Shown here: positions 29,793 through 39,738 of the stretch, in pieces
Layout of the letters: the number at the start of each line of letters is the position of its first letter
How positions within the stretch are numbered: the first letter of the stretch is position 1
Source: a virus
IMG/VR virus record: IMGVR_UViG_2850695442_000001
Length of the DNA stretch: 46,905 nt
Reading direction: 5' to 3' (one strand)
Program-made: the position numbers and the translations under genes
Notes under the pieces: model-generated
What the model was told of the DNA's origin: nothing
The model's input: only the letters and a program-made list of their open reading frames with translations
Databases searched by the model: none

Positions 29793-31022
29793 TTAGATTA
29801 CTTTAAAGCCGTGACTCTGAGCATATCTAGCAGCTTCTTGAAGTGTAATCGTCTTATCTGGAGTAACGTACTCTATTCGTTGATAAAGCTCAGGATTATA
29901 GACCTCATTCTTCTTGAGGACGTGATAAACCGCAACAAGTAATCGATGACAAATCGCCATAATCGCCTTCTTGTGACCTCTACGTTTCTTGAGTTGGAGA
30001 TATTTATTTCTGAGTTCAGGATTCTTTTCGGAACGAACGACTGCATTAGCAACTTCGACCAGCAAAGGCTTGAGGTAATGTCCCCCTTTAGAAATGCGTG
30101 TAGAGAACTTCTTACCCGCACTCTCGTTGTTGGCAGGGACGACACCAGCCCACGAACAAAGTTTTCCAGCGGTTGGAAATTGTGACATATCCACTCCAAT
30201 TTCAGACAAGATTCTAAGTGCAGTCAAAGGTTTCTGAAAACCAGGTACGGTTTGAATCAACTTCTGTTGTTCCTCATATTCTTGTCCCAATTCCGTGATG
30301 AGCTGCTCAAGATTGTTCTTACAAAAGGTAATGGCATCAAAGTGCGCTTTAATCACTCTGAGTTTATTGGCTTGTTCAGGTGTAATATCACAGTCAGTTG
30401 CTAGGGTTAATTCTTCAACAGTTGCTTTCATTCTTCTATCCATGAGTGCTTCAAGTTCAAGTGATTCAGGATTGTCAAGGATGCTCGTGATAATATTCTG
30501 AGCACTTTTTCCGAAAACATCAGAAACGACACTTGCAATCTGAATGTTTGACCAAGTCAGACAGTTCTGATAGCGATTTTTCTCAGAAGTCTGAAGCTGA
30601 GTAAGTTTCATGCGATAGCGAAACAAATCACGAAGTTGTCTAATTTTAAGAGGTGGAATAAAACTTCCAGAGACGAGGTCATGTTTGTATAAGTCCGCAA
30701 TCCATTGAGCATCTTTCTTATCTGTTTTCTTTCCTCGTATGGCTTTGACATACTTGGGATGAGCGAGACAGATATTACAAGAATCTTCAAGGACATTGTA
30801 AATTGGAATCCAGTATTTGCCTGTAGATTCCATACAAACATCAAAGCAAGAATAGTATTCAAGCCACTGTTTAAGTTCTTTAAGATTGTTGGTAAAGGTT
30901 GAAAATCGGCGACGGATATACTCAGTAATTCCTTCGTCATTAGTGTGAGCAATCACAGCCACAACGAAGGTTTTATGAACGTCAATCCCACAACAAATGG
31001 GATACACAATTTTTAACGCCAT
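29793..31022 (-). CDS. IS110 family DEDD recombinase/transposase
   Basis: GIDVHK, MESTGKYW, KTDKKDA, TVPG, ESAGK motifs; GAGGAGG RBS before ATG 31022. Confidence 0.95.
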   Translation of the reverse strand: MALKIVYPICCGIDVHKTFVVAVIAHTNDEGITEYIRRRFSTFTNNLKELKQWLEYYSCFDVCMESTGKYWIPIYNVLEDSCNICLAHPKYVKAIRGKKTDKKDAQWIADLYKHDLVSGSFIPPLKIRQLRDLFRYRMKLTQLQTSEKNRYQNCLTWSNIQIASVVSDVFGKSAQNIITSILDNPESLELEALMDRRMKATVEELTLATDCDITPEQANKLRVIKAHFDAITFCKNNLEQLITELGQEYEEQQKLIQTVPGFQKPLTALRILSEIGVDMSQFPTAGKLCSWAGVVPANNESAGKKFSTRISKGGHYLKPLLVEVANAVVRSEKNPELRNKYLQLKKRRGHKKAIMAICHRLLVAVYHVLKKNEVYNPELYQRIEYVTPDKTITLQEAARYAQSHGFKVI

Positions 31023-31039
31023 GAGAAACCTCCTCATAA

Positions 31040-31325
31040 AAATTAGAGAATGTCTGCTCAGGGACTGCGAAGCTTTCTACAAACGAGTCGTTTATTCAAA
31101 CATAAGTTTACGTGCTCTCAGTCACATTTAGTTGTTCTTGTAAAGCTAAGCTACACCTATAAGAATGCAGGGTTGAAAAGTGAAACTTCACACCTAATCA
31201 CCTCCCCGTGATTTGTAGTGTAAGCAGAGTTCTCCAAGAACAGGATAACAAAAAATAGAATAAAAAACTTCGCATAAAAACAGCACGTTTTCATCTCGTG
31301 TTGTGCCTTGGAGCGAAGCGGAAAG
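31040..31325 (-). ncRNA. Candidate IS110 bridge RNA
   Basis: Non-coding end 5' of the transposase. 31102-31109 matches the predicted circle junction (ATAAGTTT). Confidence 0.5.
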
Positions 31326-31339
31326 GAATGATTATAAGT

Positions 31340-31726
31340 ATGAAAAGAAGAAAACTTACGAAAGCCAACGGCATCATAGGTATAGTTGGGGGAGCTTTTC
31401 TATTTTTAGCCTCCATTATTTTTAAAGTTCTTCTTTATAGAAAAACAAACAATTATTCAATGCCAAGCGATGATGTGCTTTCAGTAGTGGTTATTGGGGG
31501 AGCTGTCATTGTTACTGTAATAAAAATATCTTTGATTGTATTGGGAATTATATCCAGAAAATACCATAAAGGAATGCAAGCTTTTAATAATGCAAGCTAT
31601 ATTTTATTGATAATAGGAGGAGCTATTGGGCTTATAGGAAGGTTGGGCTGGTTAGGAGGAGTTTTTGCTATTATTGCTGGAATTTTTTACCTGCATAATC
31701 TAAAAAGGTCTGATAAACTGATGTGA
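31340..31726 (+). CDS. Small multi-TM membrane protein
   Basis: Gly-rich hydrophobic helices; ATG abuts the IS end. Confidence 0.7.
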   Translation: MKRRKLTKANGIIGIVGGAFLFLASIIFKVLLYRKTNNYSMPSDDVLSVVVIGGAVIVTVIKISLIVLGIISRKYHKGMQAFNNASYILLIIGGAIGLIGRLGWLGGVFAIIAGIFYLHNLKRSDKLM

Positions 31727-31764
31727 CAATGTCTGATAATGGTGTACAAGGAGAAAAATAGTTT

Positions 31765-32172
31765 ATGGAAATAACGAGAGAAGAGTACAAAAAAATTATT
31801 GAGGATATGCTTAAAAGTCTTCAAGCGAATAAAGTTGATGTCTGCCAAAAGAAAATAGGAATACAGAGTAAGATTGATGGTTTATTGTATCAACGTAATA
31901 GGTTTACCCAAAACGCGGAAACCATAGATTTTTTAGATAAAAATATTTCTTTTATCAATTCTCTTGATTTATCAGAATTAGAGGATTGGCAAAAAGCAAG
32001 TTGGGATGAAAATATTCAACAAGTCCAAGCCATAAAACCAGAGCTTTTAGACGTCCGCAATGATATTGAGCAGAAATTAAAGCAACACTGGCAAGAGTTA
32101 AAAACGGCAGATGATATCCTTCAAAAATTAGATGCTGTAATTGATGAATATTTAGTTTTATTGCGAAAATGA
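31765..32172 (+). CDS. Helical/coiled-coil hypothetical protein
   Basis: 135 aa with AAGGAG RBS. Confidence 0.6.
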   Translation: MEITREEYKKIIEDMLKSLQANKVDVCQKKIGIQSKIDGLLYQRNRFTQNAETIDFLDKNISFINSLDLSELEDWQKASWDENIQQVQAIKPELLDVRNDIEQKLKQHWQELKTADDILQKLDAVIDEYLVLLRK

Positions 32173-32241
32173 TTTTTAGTCTATCACGCGCGTGGGAAGC
32201 TGTAAAAGGTTTAATTTGGAAAATAAAGATATGAGGTTATC

Positions 32242-32626
32242 ATGAAAAAAAAGATTGATTTTGGGGTTAATTATTATTGCATTGATAATTGGTATTGGAG
32301 GGAAAATATATATATGGATAAAGTACGTACAGATGAATCAAGAGCCTAATATTGAAATGCAGAAAAAAGGTGCTATTGAGGTAAAAAATAACTTTGAAAA
32401 TATAAAGGAAATTAAGATAACGGATTTACATGAGGGAGCGCCTGGAGTAAAACAAATTGGTTTTGATGTGATTGAAAATAATGGGAAGATTATCAAAGGT
32501 AATTCATGGACGATTGGCGATTCGGGATATTATATTGAAAATGGTTTTAAATGCCTGTCTTTTGATGGGCGTTTTTTATCGCTAAAATCTGATTTTATTA
32601 ATTACGACTTGAAAAATCAACGATAA
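32242..32626 (+). pseudogene. Degenerate paralogue of the 32701 membrane-anchored immunity-like gene
   Basis: Shares FxNIKxxKI...xxPG with 32701. Out-of-frame ATG before an A8 run; 3' end replaced by a duplicated promoter cassette. Confidence 0.6.
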
Positions 32627-32700
32627 ATATGTAAAATAAATGTAATTATAAGAAAACGCATTGGTAAAATATGAGTAACCATAGAAAGCATGAGGTTTTC

Positions 32701-33093
32701 ATGAGAAAAAATAAAAGATGGGTTATTATTGGGTTAATTATTGTTGTGATGTTTGGAATAATTGGTGGTGTTGAGGGAAAAAAATATATGGATAATCAAA
32801 AGGAAGCTAAAGAAATGATGCAAGAAAAGAAAATTGCTTTGCAAGCTAAAAGTATGTTTAAGAATATAAAAGATTTAAAAATTGAACAAATAGGGGAAGC
32901 AAGTCCTGGAAGTATATTTTTTATCGTTGAAATAACAAATACTGATGATAAAAAGTATAAAGCTGATTTAGATTTGGGAGATGTATCATCTTATAGCACG
33001 GTTGATGGAGATAATTTTTTAGAAACTCAATTGGGTTCAACAACTAGTAAAATAAATGTATATTATTTATCTGGAGAAAGTGGGAAATTATAA
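32701..33093 (+). CDS. Membrane-anchored putative immunity protein (DUF1310/DUF1433-like)
   Basis: N-terminal TM ending GKKYMD; stop overlaps the lipase start. Confidence 0.6.
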   Translation: MRKNKRWVIIGLIIVVMFGIIGGVEGKKYMDNQKEAKEMMQEKKIALQAKSMFKNIKDLKIEQIGEASPGSIFFIVEITNTDDKKYKADLDLGDVSSYSTVDGDNFLETQLGSTTSKINVYYLSGESGKL

Positions 33094-34334
33094 TGACTAC
33101 ACCGAAACAATATTCACAATTAGATAATTTAGTCTATAAAGTTGATGTCAGTAAAGAAAATCCTCCAAAAAGAAAAGGAGATTCTATTACCGTAAGTGGT
33201 CAGAAATATTTGGTCCTCAAAACAGTAGATAGTAATGACCCTAAAAATAGCGAAGGTTATGATAAAAATGGCTTTCAAGGTATGGCAGTTGCCCCAATCA
33301 CAAAAACAATTGATGGGGTAAAAGTAGATTTTTCTCATACGATTATTGCCTATGCTGGAACGAATAATAAAGATGCAAAAGATATAAATACTGATGCTAA
33401 TAATGTCTTTTTTGGTTCAAAAGAATTTGGAGTACGGACAGGATTAAATTCAAGTGTTCATGGAGATTCACAGTTTTCTAGTGCACAGAAATTTTATCAA
33501 GAAGTATCAAAAATGCCAGATGTCAAAGTTGTCAGTACGACAGGACATTCTTTAGGTGGGGCTTTAGCCCAAAAAGTGGCAGCAGCTTATCATCTCTCGT
33601 CAGTTACTTTTTCAACGGCTGGAGTCAGTTCACAATTAACAGCAGAAGAAAAACTTTGGGCAAGTGGTGCTGGTAAGGATTTATTATTAAATTTTGTACA
33701 TTCAGATGATTTAGTGCCCATGCTGTCTAATGCTAAAGCTTATGGAACATGGTTGGCTGCAGGAGTGTTTGGGGATAATAGTATTTTGGGACGTCATAAT
33801 TTAGATTCTTATCGTTTTGATAGTGATGGGAATGTAAAAGACCAAAGCGGAGCGCCTATTTTTAGTCCAAAAATGCTAAAAGCAATAAAATCAAGTTATA
33901 AAAAAGTGGTTGCACCAAAAATTAAAGAATTGAAAACAGTTCTTGCTAGTGGCGGGGTGTCAGGTTCCGCAAAGATTGCTTTAGAAACGGAATTAGTGGC
34001 TTATACTGCGAAAGCACTACGAGCAAAGGCGCTAAATTGGTATGAGAATAGTATTCAAGATTTAGAAAAAATTCAAAAAAACTATCAGACGAAAGAACAA
34101 GAAATGATTCAATCTTGTAAAAATGCTGGTGGTCCTTTGATGTCTCATGCAGAGGCAAAAAGTATTTATCACAGTATTGCAGGTTATCGTGCTTATGAAG
34201 CATCAGAATTTAAAGATGTTCAGGCTCAACTGAAACGAGCTTATAAAAGACAATTGAAAGTAGCGGAAAATATGGAAAGTCTAGTGTCTAAAACATTAGA
34301 AAATGACCAAAGTTTGTCGCAGTATTTTAGATAA
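33093..34334 (+). CDS. Alpha/beta-hydrolase (lipase class 3-like) toxin with C-terminal helical domain, TslA-like reverse T7SS substrate
   Basis: IAYAGT, GHSLGG, DxV and H catalytic motifs; no signal peptide; helical C-terminus ending LENDQSLSQYF. Confidence 0.75.
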   Translation: MTTPKQYSQLDNLVYKVDVSKENPPKRKGDSITVSGQKYLVLKTVDSNDPKNSEGYDKNGFQGMAVAPITKTIDGVKVDFSHTIIAYAGTNNKDAKDINTDANNVFFGSKEFGVRTGLNSSVHGDSQFSSAQKFYQEVSKMPDVKVVSTTGHSLGGALAQKVAAAYHLSSVTFSTAGVSSQLTAEEKLWASGAGKDLLLNFVHSDDLVPMLSNAKAYGTWLAAGVFGDNSILGRHNLDSYRFDSDGNVKDQSGAPIFSPKMLKAIKSSYKKVVAPKIKELKTVLASGGVSGSAKIALETELVAYTAKALRAKALNWYENSIQDLEKIQKNYQTKEQEMIQSCKNAGGPLMSHAEAKSIYHSIAGYRAYEASEFKDVQAQLKRAYKRQLKVAENMESLVSKTLENDQSLSQYFR

Positions 34335-34345
34335 AAGAGGGAATA

Positions 34346-34630
34346 ATGTTTGATAATTTAGGTGGGAATACAGATTTATTGCAGTATGAACATGGGAAAG
34401 AGAATATAAAAAAATTACTCCCTCCCAAAATAGCACACGAATACTCGCAAAAAGAAAATCAATTTTACCAATTTTTAGAGCAGGCTCATTTAAATTTGAG
34501 TTCAGAGATTAAAGTAATTCATAGTGATTTTTCATCAGGAGCTTCGGGAAAATCTGCAGATAAAATCAAAGAAATGTTAGAAGAAGTAGGTGATACAAGT
34601 TTTTATAGTTCAACTAGTTTCGGTTTCTAA
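34346..34630 (+). CDS. Small WXG100-like helical partner
   Basis: 94 aa with an ASGKSADKI turn; follows the lipase. Confidence 0.45.
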   Translation: MFDNLGGNTDLLQYEHGKENIKKLLPPKIAHEYSQKENQFYQFLEQAHLNLSSEIKVIHSDFSSGASGKSADKIKEMLEEVGDTSFYSSTSFGF

Positions 34631-35099
34631 AAAGGTGATTGGGTGCAAAAAAAAGAGGCTCTAAACCGCACTTTTGTGCGGTTTCTTCTTATCTTGATTT
34701 GAAGTGAGCGGATAACTGATAGTAAACGGCTACTCAGCATCCAAGGATAGCTTAGAAAAAATTGGAATACTTGGATGTAAGATAAAGTTATCTCAGCAAG
34801 ATATTGATAAGTACACAGAAATAATTTTAAAAGAGGTAGAACAGGCACAATTTCCTACTAAATTTGAAATGTACTAAAGGGAAGCAATAATAAAGTAGCT
34901 TCAAAATATAAGAGTGTTTTTTGAAATCAAAAGGTCGTCGAGGCGCGTGCACAGTCTCGGCTTTTTGCTATAAAATTTTGTTTCATACAACCAATTTTTT
35001 TGAAGTCACGCGTGAAATCTGGAATCAAAGTAGAAATAAAGAGAGTTTCCCAGTCTATTTAATCTTATGAGATAATTGTTTCATAGAGAGGCAATAATA

Positions 35100-35585
35100 A
35101 TGACAGATAAACGAGAAATCAAACATCAAGGGGTAAAATTTTATGAACGTGGAACATATGAAGCGAAAGAGAGTAAGCATGCAAATAAGCTCACGAAAAG
35201 TGAAAAATCAGAAATCGTATCTGTTTTGGTGGAAGAATGGGAACGATTAAAAAGGACTGATTCTAAGCAATTCTATGACGAGATGAATGAGTATTCTGGA
35301 TTTAATGAAGGTTTTACATTATCTGAACACAGACCAAATGATGATAATTTTCGTGTTGTGCGAAATAAACTGAGTTTTGAATTTGTTATGGCTTACTATG
35401 ATAGTCTTGTGAATTTCTTCATGGTAGGTTATTTGAGTAATGGCAAAGCGCAATATGAAGCGCGTGTTAGTACGGATACCGGTCGAGAAGTTTTGTCTAG
35501 CAAAGCTATTAAAACAGAAAAAGATATTATTGATTTTGTTGATGCAAGCACTGAATATGCAGGGGCTATGAAATTAAAGGGTTGA
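35100..35585 (+). CDS. Hypothetical protein
   Basis: GAGG RBS; promoter at 35047-35076. Confidence 0.65.
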   Translation: MTDKREIKHQGVKFYERGTYEAKESKHANKLTKSEKSEIVSVLVEEWERLKRTDSKQFYDEMNEYSGFNEGFTLSEHRPNDDNFRVVRNKLSFEFVMAYYDSLVNFFMVGYLSNGKAQYEARVSTDTGREVLSSKAIKTEKDIIDFVDASTEYAGAMKLKG

Positions 35586-35692
35586 GGTAACATTAATGCT
35601 AGAAAAAGAAATTCCAAGCGAAGCGCGTTGCTAAAAGTTTAGAGAGTAGTATCACGCGCGCGTGATGGAATAAACATTAGAGGAGGTTTTTC

Positions 35693-35905
35693 CTGACGTT
35701 TGAAGAAGTAGTTACTACTTGCCTTAGTAACGATGAATTAGTGCAAGAGTATAATAGATTGACACATTCTGAACTCAAGATAAGACAGTCTCCAATTATT
35801 TCGATGATTGATGAGGCTACTGGAAAAAGAGAAGCAGAATTAAAAGGATTTATCAGATTTGTAGATGAGCATATATGGATGCCATTACTAGAAAAAAGGA
35901 GTTAG
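35693..35905 (+). CDS. 70-aa hypothetical protein with CTG start
   Basis: AGGAGG at 35681-35686, CTG 6 nt later, open frame (M)TFEEVVTTCL...WMPLLEKRS. Confidence 0.5.
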   Translation: MTFEEVVTTCLSNDELVQEYNRLTHSELKIRQSPIISMIDEATGKREAELKGFIRFVDEHIWMPLLEKRS

Positions 35906-35909
35906 GGCT

Positions 35910-36086
35910 ATGAATGACAATAAAGATAAAATTGAAGTATCTAAAAAATGGCTAAAAAAAGAAATGCTCTGGTTTTTAGGTGAAGCATATGCTTGTGGGA
36001 GAGAAGATGCTGACGAGGGTTTTGAAAAACTATGCCAGAAATTGGACGAAGTGCTTGAAACTAACAAAAATGATTATTGGTATTGA
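35910..36086 (+). CDS. 58-aa hypothetical protein
   Basis: AAGGAG RBS; MNDNKDKIEVSKKWLKKE... Confidence 0.5.
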   Translation: MNDNKDKIEVSKKWLKKEMLWFLGEAYACGREDADEGFEKLCQKLDEVLETNKNDYWY

Positions 36087-36235
36087 AGTACGAATTTCAG
36101 TTAATGTTAATATTGCTACAGACGGTAATTCTTTCAATAATATGTTTACACGAAGAAATTCATTTAATGGTATCATATAATCATAGTAAAACAGAATGTA
36201 AAATTAGAGACTACAAAAGAAAGTAGAAAAACGAA

Positions 36236-36577
36236 ATGAAAGTTCACATCACTCATACAAAGCAAGGCTTACCGGGTCAAACTAATGTACTAATTGATGA
36301 AGACAATGCTATCCTCGATAATCTGTTATTTTCACTAGGTGTTGATTATGAAAAATCTGAGAAAGCAAGCATTACTTTTTGGGATGATGCAGAATACCAT
36401 GATATGTTTGATGATACAACTGAGATTGTTCATTCAGCAAATTTTAAGGAAGTTAGATATTTTGATGTTTTTGGAAATGAACTTGAAATTGATGAAGAAG
36501 AATATAAAGCACTGAGAGAAAAAGATATTGAAAGTTGCTATACAGTTGATAGAAGCTTTTCTAAGGAGTTTAAATGA
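36236..36577 (+). CDS. Acidic hypothetical protein
   Basis: 113 aa; overlaps the GNAT-like gene start. Confidence 0.6.
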   Translation: MKVHITHTKQGLPGQTNVLIDEDNAILDNLLFSLGVDYEKSEKASITFWDDAEYHDMFDDTTEIVHSANFKEVRYFDVFGNELEIDEEEYKALREKDIESCYTVDRSFSKEFK

Positions 36578-36888
36578 TTAAATTAACTTACAAAAATATA
36601 GTGGATATTGGATATACTAAAAATAAAGATGGTTCAATTACTCTTGATTATATTCATTCAAAAAAACAAAATTTAGGTTATGGCGGTGAAGCGCTAGATT
36701 GGTTTTTAGATAAATTCTCAAATTATGATATTTATTTATGGATTGAACCAAATTTTGAAGAAACTTTGAGTGAAAATCAACTGATAGCTTTTTATAAGAA
36801 ACATGGATTTAATCATATAAACGATAAGTATATCTATAAAAATAACATAAAGGTAGATTATGTTAAGTTGAAAGAAAACAAATTTTAA
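36574..36888 (+). CDS. Minimal GNAT-family acetyltransferase
   Basis: Motif A QNLGYG and LIAFYKKHGF. Confidence 0.65.
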   Translation: MIKLTYKNIVDIGYTKNKDGSITLDYIHSKKQNLGYGGEALDWFLDKFSNYDIYLWIEPNFEETLSENQLIAFYKKHGFNHINDKYIYKNNIKVDYVKLKENKF

Positions 36889-37147
36889 ATTTAACACATT
36901 TTCACGAGATAGAGTTTTACCCGAAAAGTACTTCTTGGTCTCAATTAATAGAAAGTGAAACTGTATTCTTTATTCCCATAGGACAAGCCCTACTAGAGAA
37001 TAATTTAAATATTTATATTTTTGATAAAGGCGCGTGAAAACGTGCTTTTTCAATATTACAAAATATGATGGGTTTATTATTGATTTTTTCAATAAATGAT
37101 AATATAATATTGATATATTAAATAATGAATGATGTGAGGTGTATATT

Positions 37148-37918
37148 ATGGAAATAGGAACAAAACTTAGGCGACTCAGGGAGAGTAGTTATTTAACGCA
37201 GGCAGAAGTAGCAGGAAAGCTCGGTATATCTCAGGGAACATACGCTCTTTGGGAGAAAAAAGATACAAACCCTACTCTTGAGTTGCTAGTAAAAATATCG
37301 GGACTTTATCATATTTCTTTAGACACTCTACTTTTGAGCGTTAAAGCAACACCAGAAGTTATAGAGTTAGTCAATAATTTTATACTACTCAAAAAAGAAC
37401 AAAAAGATGTTGTGACAGACTTTACGAGATATTTGGTAGTGGACAACAGGACAAAAGAAAAAAACTCTGCGCAAGTTCTTGAATTTAAAACCTATCGAAA
37501 ATCAGACCTCTATGAAGTAGAAGTTTCTGATGAAGAGTTATCTGCTGGTTTTGGTAACGGTGTGTCTAATACACAAGAAACTTACAAAGTTTATACTGAT
37601 ACATACGTCGGGCGTCACGACGGTGCTGCCAGGATAAAGGGAGAATCTATGCAACCAGATATTTCTAATGGTTCGATTGTTACTTTTATAATGGGTGGTT
37701 TTTCTATCAATGGAGATATTTATGTTATTTCAGAAGGCGGATATGGAGAAGAGACACTTTATTGTAAGCAGGTATTCAAAGATGATGAAGGTTTTCTTTG
37801 TCACTCCTTAAATCCTGACCCACAATATAAAGATTTCTACCTAAGCGAAGAAGCACGGATATTAGGTCCAGTAGTCAATTGTTTTGAAGAAATTGACTCA
37901 GAATTGATAGAAGATTGA
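37148..37918 (+). CDS. XRE/CI-like repressor with S24 peptidase domain
   Basis: HTH LTQAEVAGKLGISQGTYALWE, SAGFG cleavage site, GESMQP and YCK catalytic motifs. Confidence 0.9.
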   Translation: MEIGTKLRRLRESSYLTQAEVAGKLGISQGTYALWEKKDTNPTLELLVKISGLYHISLDTLLLSVKATPEVIELVNNFILLKKEQKDVVTDFTRYLVVDNRTKEKNSAQVLEFKTYRKSDLYEVEVSDEELSAGFGNGVSNTQETYKVYTDTYVGRHDGAARIKGESMQPDISNGSIVTFIMGGFSINGDIYVISEGGYGEETLYCKQVFKDDEGFLCHSLNPDPQYKDFYLSEEARILGPVVNCFEEIDSELIED

Positions 37919-37927
37919 GGAAAATAA

Positions 37928-38260
37928 ATGATGGAAAATGAAAAAGAAAAAACAGAATTAAGACATATCAAAATAAGTGCGATTATAAATGCGAGCGATG
38001 AGCATGAACCAGATATCAAAAATGAGCAAGTGGTAGGACTTGAACCTCTAAGAGGTCAAGAACTCGAAAATGGAGAATACTACTTTATAAAGTATCAAGG
38101 TAAAAAGATGATACGCAAGATTTATTTTGCTGAGAATGGTTTAATGCTTATTAGAGTAAATCCAAAATATCCTAGTGAATATTATGAATTTACTGAAGAT
38201 AAAGGTAAACAATTAGTAGTTTTGGCAAAAATTAACATTCATTATAAATTCAATAAATAA
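37928..38260 (+). CDS. Stand-alone degenerate S24-like domain protein
   Basis: LENGEYY...IRKI...NPKYP pattern. Confidence 0.5.
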   Translation: MMENEKEKTELRHIKISAIINASDEHEPDIKNEQVVGLEPLRGQELENGEYYFIKYQGKKMIRKIYFAENGLMLIRVNPKYPSEYYEFTEDKGKQLVVLAKINIHYKFNK

Positions 38261-38296
38261 AGTTATACAATTAAAAAAAGAAAAAGTAAAAATTAT

Positions 38297-39097
38297 ATGA
38301 AAAAGTTATCAAATGAAGAAAGAAAATTTTTTGAACCAAGTCTCAATGATTGGAGACGAGAAATTTTTGATAGTGGGGCAATTACGTTGGCATTTGGAGA
38401 GCGTTTTATGGTTACTGGTGCAGAATATCCACCTGGGTTGGATGAGAAGCTCTATGAAAAATATCCAGATAGGAATCAGTGGTACAATGGATTATATCAA
38501 GATGAGGAACACGGGAAACAGGGACTTTATTTTGCATACCTTTTTGAAAATGGCTCAATATTAGAACTTGTTGAAGTTTTTGAATTAAAATATTTAAAGA
38601 ATAGAAAGGATAAGCCTTCTATAATAGGTAGATACGATTTAATTTTTACAGAATATCCTTATTTTACAATACGAGCACAAGAACGTATTCACTTTAATTT
38701 CTTGCAAACAACGACAGACCTTCCTAAAATAGTAAATAGATATATTCAAAGAGAAGACTTTACTTTTATAAGGTCAATAGCGAAAATATCAGATGAAGAA
38801 ATAGAAGATTATAAAACATTCAAAATGTATGAATGGATTGTTGGTAGGCATGATACCCCAGCTTATATTGTCATTATTCAAGAATGGATGACGGGAGAGG
38901 GTCCAGAGGTTATTGTTTATGATAAGAGGACTCAAAAAGAAATATTTCAATATTTAGCTTCTAAAAAAAGTTGGGAAAAATTAGCTGAAAGAATTAAGAC
39001 GAACACTTTAGAGGAAGAAATTAACGCTCAAAACGATAGTACAATGAAAATTATTGAAGATTATTTGAAAAAAGCGAAGGATAAAAAAGATGACTAA
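38297..39097 (+). CDS. Hypothetical protein
   Basis: 266-aa ORF overlapping ssb. Confidence 0.65.
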   Translation: MKKLSNEERKFFEPSLNDWRREIFDSGAITLAFGERFMVTGAEYPPGLDEKLYEKYPDRNQWYNGLYQDEEHGKQGLYFAYLFENGSILELVEVFELKYLKNRKDKPSIIGRYDLIFTEYPYFTIRAQERIHFNFLQTTTDLPKIVNRYIQREDFTFIRSIAKISDEEIEDYKTFKMYEWIVGRHDTPAYIVIIQEWMTGEGPEVIVYDKRTQKEIFQYLASKKSWEKLAERIKTNTLEEEINAQNDSTMKIIEDYLKKAKDKKDD

Positions 39098-39548
39098 TAC
39101 TGTTGTGCTTGTGGGACGATTAACACGAGAGATTGAATTACATTATACACCTCAAAATCAAGCTGTAGCGACTTTTTCTTTAGCAGTTAATCGACCGTTT
39201 AAGAATGCGAATGGGGAGCGTGAAGCTGATTTTATCCATTGTGTGATTTGGCGCAAACAAGCTGAAAACTTAGCAAATTGGACGAGAAAAGGCACTCAAA
39301 TTGCCGTTACAGGGCATATACAAACACGAAGCTATGAAAATTCATCAGGAGACCGTGTTTATGTGACAGAAGTAGTCGTTGATAATTTTCAGATGCTAGA
39401 AACACGCGCAATACGTGAGAACAAAGCAGCTGAGCAAATTTCACAACAAGTTGAGATGATTTCTGGTTCTGATAATGTAGGCGAAAAATATAATCCCTTT
39501 GAGAATAGAGAACCAATGAATATTCCTGATGAAGCACTCCCTTTTTAG
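39090..39548 (+). CDS. ssb: Single-stranded DNA-binding protein
   Basis: [32 protein letters not shown] and LPF C-terminus. Confidence 0.96.
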   Translation: MTNTVVLVGRLTREIELHYTPQNQAVATFSLAVNRPFKNANGEREADFIHCVIWRKQAENLANWTRKGTQIAVTGHIQTRSYENSSGDRVYVTEVVVDNFQMLETRAIRENKAAEQISQQVEMISGSDNVGEKYNPFENREPMNIPDEALPF

Positions 39549-39738
39549 AAAAAGAGGTATCTGCAAGAGAGACAAGAGCTGGGAATTTTCTCAGCTTTTT
39601 TTGAACTATGAGATAATAAAATCATAAAGTAGTACGAATGGTTGTTACCTTTCCAAACTCAAAAGGCGCGTGAGTAGAATAGGTCAATAGGATTTACTTC
39701 ACCGGTTCATTCATGATGCAGAAGAGGAGACTGATAAT

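Larger units (their letters stand above)
29705..31339 (-). mobile_element. IS110-family insertion sequence
   Basis: Transposase plus ~310-bp upstream non-coding end. AAGT is repeated at 29705-29708 and 31336-31339 (minus strand ACTT, containing a CT core). Boundaries are inferred. Confidence 0.75.
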
